Shown one piece after another: positions 17,189 to 19,816 of a stretch of DNA of 19,816 nt. Source of the DNA: Candidatus Heimdallarchaeota archaeon (GTDB lineage Archaea > Asgardarchaeota > Heimdallarchaeia > Heimdallarchaeales > Heimdallarchaeaceae); the NCBI GenBank assembly GCA_018238545.1, contig JABCTC010000057.1, positions 1 through 19,816 of the forward strand, in the 5' to 3' direction. The position numbers and the translations under genes are program-made. The notes under the pieces were generated by a model that was not told the DNA's origin, did no database searches, and saw only the letters and a program-made list of their open reading frames with translations. Positions within the stretch are counted from its first letter, which is position 1; every line of letters begins with the position of its first letter.

Positions 17189-17578
17189 CAACATCAGATT
17201 CCACCAATATAAGGAATTGAAAAATATCCCTTTTAATAGATTAAAAAACAATTATTTATAATTCTTTAATCTAATCTATTTTCACATAAGTATTCATATT
17301 ATTCTAGAAAATTATCGCTTTGTTTTCTTACTTTCCTTCTTCTTTTAGCTTTTCTCTTTCTTCTTCAGATAGTTTCTTGTTCAAAAACATTCAGAACACA
17401 TCTTTATTTCAAAACAGAGGAAAAATAGTCTTCTAGTTTATTGTTTTTTTCTCTTACTTTTTTGCTTCTAGTACCTATAGAATTGGTTCTGAAACCTTGC
17501 TACAAGGTTATACAAGAATTTTCGAGGACACCTTCCTGTCATCGAGGACTTTCATAAGAAGGTGGGTTAACGACAAGG

Positions 17579-19492
17579 TTAGTTCTTTTGTTTTTTCCTT
17601 ATGATTATCAAAAGAATAACAGATAAACAACTTGGCAAGAATAATGATATTGATTCTTCTAGTCTTGCATAACCTGCTGCTTCCATCCATTTCCAAGCCA
17701 AATCTAGATCACGATGATATTTTATTGGAAAAGAATCAAATCTCCAAGTATGGAGAGTAAACATAGGTTCATGAATCATAAGATACTCACCATTATGAAT
17801 AACTTGATTTATTTCACCTCTATCAATAACATAACAAATCGCCTTTCTAATTGCGCAAGCTTTTGTGTAATCTCCTAGTTCAGTGCCATTTATCCATTCT
17901 AGATTGCTAGAGCCACCAATATTTGGTCTATGCATATTGAATGCTAAGAGGTTGAATCCATAGCTTAGTATGCATTGAACTTCAAATCTTGTATCTGCTT
18001 GCATAGTTTTTCTTTCAGCTGGGAAGGGAGTTAAATCACACAAATCAAGTCTACCAGCTTTGAATTCTGCTAGTTCTGCCGAGCTATCAGGTATAATATG
18101 AACATTGATGGTTTCGAGGTCTAGGTCTTGTTCAGTTCCGTCTATAACACCAAAATTCATCCAGTAAGGACTAGCTTGGAGAACAGTAACGGAGTCCTTG
18201 ATATAGTAATCTAGCTGGTATTTACCACATCCAAATGCTGAAGTGCTAGCAGTTCCCCATGAATCAGAATCTTGAATTCCTTCATAGAAGCCAGTACATT
18301 TAACTCCACCAGAAGTGTATGAAATAGTAGAATCACTTGAATTCAAGAAGAACTCAGGAAGAACAAACTGGTGGAGACTTGACCAAAAGTCTACATATGG
18401 TTCAATTTCAGGTGTTTCAGGGTTAGCATCTATCTCAATGTGGAAAGCTAGTGGATCTACTGGGTCAACATAAACATTTGAAATCCAGTTGTGATATGAT
18501 GGATTTTCACTGACGATTGGATTTGCCCAAGCAAGGTAAGTAAAAACTGCATCTTTTGCTGTGACTAGTTGATTTGTACCAGTACTAACTTCCCCATTCT
18601 TCAAACCATTCATTAATGGAGTTGTTGCAACTTCAAGTGATTCAGAACTGGCATTTCTTCCGGTTACATTGTATGAAGGATTCCAATATACACCATCTCT
18701 CATAGTAAATTTGTAGTGGAATTCGTCAATTTGTTCCCAATCTACAACTAATGAAGTTTTGAGTGGGGCTAAATCAGGACTCCAACCAACAATCGGTTCA
18801 GCTATTAAGCTGTAAATAAATAAACTAGCTATATCGTCTGTTTTCAACAGGTTCAGATCTCGCCAATTATCATCAGCCACATTGAATTCATTTAATGATT
18901 CTTGACCTTCATGTAGACCATCATACTCCATATATGGCAAAGAATCAGCCAATCCCCATCTTAAATCAAATCCCAATGTATTATCCCACGTGGCAACATA
19001 TTGTCTAGGGCTGAAAAGGGGTAATAGAGGTAGAATTTTATCCATCAATAAAATTTCCCAATCATAATATGTTTGTTGTCTTTCTGCTAAGTCAATCATA
19101 GAGATAGCTTCATTTTGCATTGTTTCACTTTCATTCTGATATGGAATACTTCTATCCAAACGAAATAGATTGAACATACCTTCTTCAGTATAATAATCTC
19201 TCATATCGTGAGTTTTAAGATCTGAAAAAGCTGATAAGGTCATATCGAAATCATCCATCAAATAGGGATCAAACCTATAAAACCCACCTGAATCTAATTT
19301 TACTTCAAGGTCGATGTTAATTTCTTGAAGATATTGTGCTACATATAACCCATAATCTGGATAATTTTCTCCTTCGCCAGCTCTCAATACTAAAGTGAAA
19401 AAAGGTTCAACAGTTTCTTCGCCCTTTACAGTTACAATACTAAAAGAGACAATTAGATAGAAAATTACAGAGATAGCTATTTCTCTTCTCAT
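17579..19492 (-). CDS. Family 5 (OppA/DppA-like) ABC solute-binding protein, circularly permuted, with C-terminal membrane anchor
   Basis: Motifs FTMRDGVYW, TAKDAVFT, GCGKYQL, ASPYW, FKAGRLD, LAFN, IRKAI.Y.IDR, A...MEAAGY, ERQQTY...LPLLPL. ATG 19492 follows AGGTGA and starts a signal peptide, so it is preferred over GTG 19564. Ends with a hydrophobic stretch + RKKQKN. Confidence 0.9.
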   Translation of the reverse strand: MRREIAISVIFYLIVSFSIVTVKGEETVEPFFTLVLRAGEGENYPDYGLYVAQYLQEINIDLEVKLDSGGFYRFDPYLMDDFDMTLSAFSDLKTHDMRDYYTEEGMFNLFRLDRSIPYQNESETMQNEAISMIDLAERQQTYYDWEILLMDKILPLLPLFSPRQYVATWDNTLGFDLRWGLADSLPYMEYDGLHEGQESLNEFNVADDNWRDLNLLKTDDIASLFIYSLIAEPIVGWSPDLAPLKTSLVVDWEQIDEFHYKFTMRDGVYWNPSYNVTGRNASSESLEVATTPLMNGLKNGEVSTGTNQLVTAKDAVFTYLAWANPIVSENPSYHNWISNVYVDPVDPLAFHIEIDANPETPEIEPYVDFWSSLHQFVLPEFFLNSSDSTISYTSGGVKCTGFYEGIQDSDSWGTASTSAFGCGKYQLDYYIKDSVTVLQASPYWMNFGVIDGTEQDLDLETINVHIIPDSSAELAEFKAGRLDLCDLTPFPAERKTMQADTRFEVQCILSYGFNLLAFNMHRPNIGGSSNLEWINGTELGDYTKACAIRKAICYVIDRGEINQVIHNGEYLMIHEPMFTLHTWRFDSFPIKYHRDLDLAWKWMEAAGYARLEESISLFLPSCLSVILLIIIRKKQKN

Positions 19493-19672
19493 TAGTTCAC
19501 CTAGGGATTTGTTACGAAATATTATGCTGAAACACCTATAAACTTTGCTTACAATAGAAATCACTTGACAATCATGAACAAACTGATTCAGGATAATAAG
19601 ATATTCCTACAAAACTAGAACATCTAGCCAATTACTTTTTAAACATAGAAAAACATACCTTATTTTGAATTT

Positions 19673-19694
19673 AACAGATAGATAATTATCTGTT
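19673..19694. promoter_or_regulatory. Inverted repeat, candidate operator in a divergent promoter region
   Basis: AACAGATA-N6-TATCTGTT containing the perfect palindrome AGATAATTATCT (19680-19691), next to TTTTAAA. Confidence 0.4.
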
Positions 19695-19717
19695 TTAAAC
19701 AAAAATGAGGTCAATAA

Positions 19718-19816
19718 ATGAAAAGAATAAAACAAAGTATAGCGCTGGCTATAACACTAATTTTATGTTTCTCATTGAATCAAACAGCTGTAAACAGCTT
19801 AAATGATACAATGCAA
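19718..19816 (+). CDS. 5-prime end of a secreted/surface protein (runs off the window)
   Basis: GAGGT RBS, then MKRIKQSIALAITLILCFSLNQTAVNSLNDTMQ: a signal-peptide pattern, open to the window edge. Confidence 0.75.
   Translation, partial: MKRIKQSIALAITLILCFSLNQTAVNSLNDTMQ

Noticed and set aside
17235-17280. Long AT-only imperfect inverted repeat
   Set aside because: Expected by chance in very AT-rich spacer DNA.
17515-17565. Hammerhead ribozyme or SECIS element (minus strand has ATGA, GAAA and CTCGATGA..CGAAA)
   Set aside because: The hammerhead core CUGAUGA is not exact, the stem II closing pair is C-C and stems I/III are missing; the upstream gene has no in-frame TGA that would need a SECIS.
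1082-17696. Short ORFs in the track that overlap longer genes (1082, 1704, 4306, 4588, 5243, 5596, 7834, 9311, 10550, 12584, 14320, 14568, 14608, 15563, 17508) and the plus-strand ORF at 11253
   Set aside because: Antisense or alternate-frame shadows of well-supported genes or relics, with no motifs or start signals.

Overview
AT-rich (roughly 30% GC by eye) window that reads as archaeal: BRE/TATA-like boxes about 25-60 nt before starts, GGTGA/GAGG ribosome-binding sites, and surface proteins ending in a TM helix plus basic tail. The gene mix suggests an Asgard archaeon such as Heimdallarchaeia, but that is inference only. It is an accessory region of mostly stand-alone genes: two paralogous parallel beta-helix surface proteins, an ABC-2 exporter pair, a SAM methyltransferase, a rhodanese-TusA fusion, MDR and AKR oxidoreductases, a lysine/saccharopine dehydrogenase-family enzyme, a GH4 glycosidase, a type II homoserine kinase, an unknown polytopic membrane protein, a small-protein + nucleotidyltransferase pair, and a family-5 solute-binding protein. 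The most notable observations are: (1) the family-5 binding protein has its motifs in circularly permuted order and is C-terminally anchored; (2) a ~115-bp non-coding direct repeat brackets the large beta-helix gene; (3) several genes are broken, including three start-less fragments fused at 7845-8897 with a strand switch, a 23-codon MDR relic hidden in an intergenic gap, and indel-disrupted genes. These point to rapid gene turnover or to assembly artefacts. No rRNA, tRNA, CRISPR array, transposase, integrase or reverse transcriptase was seen.
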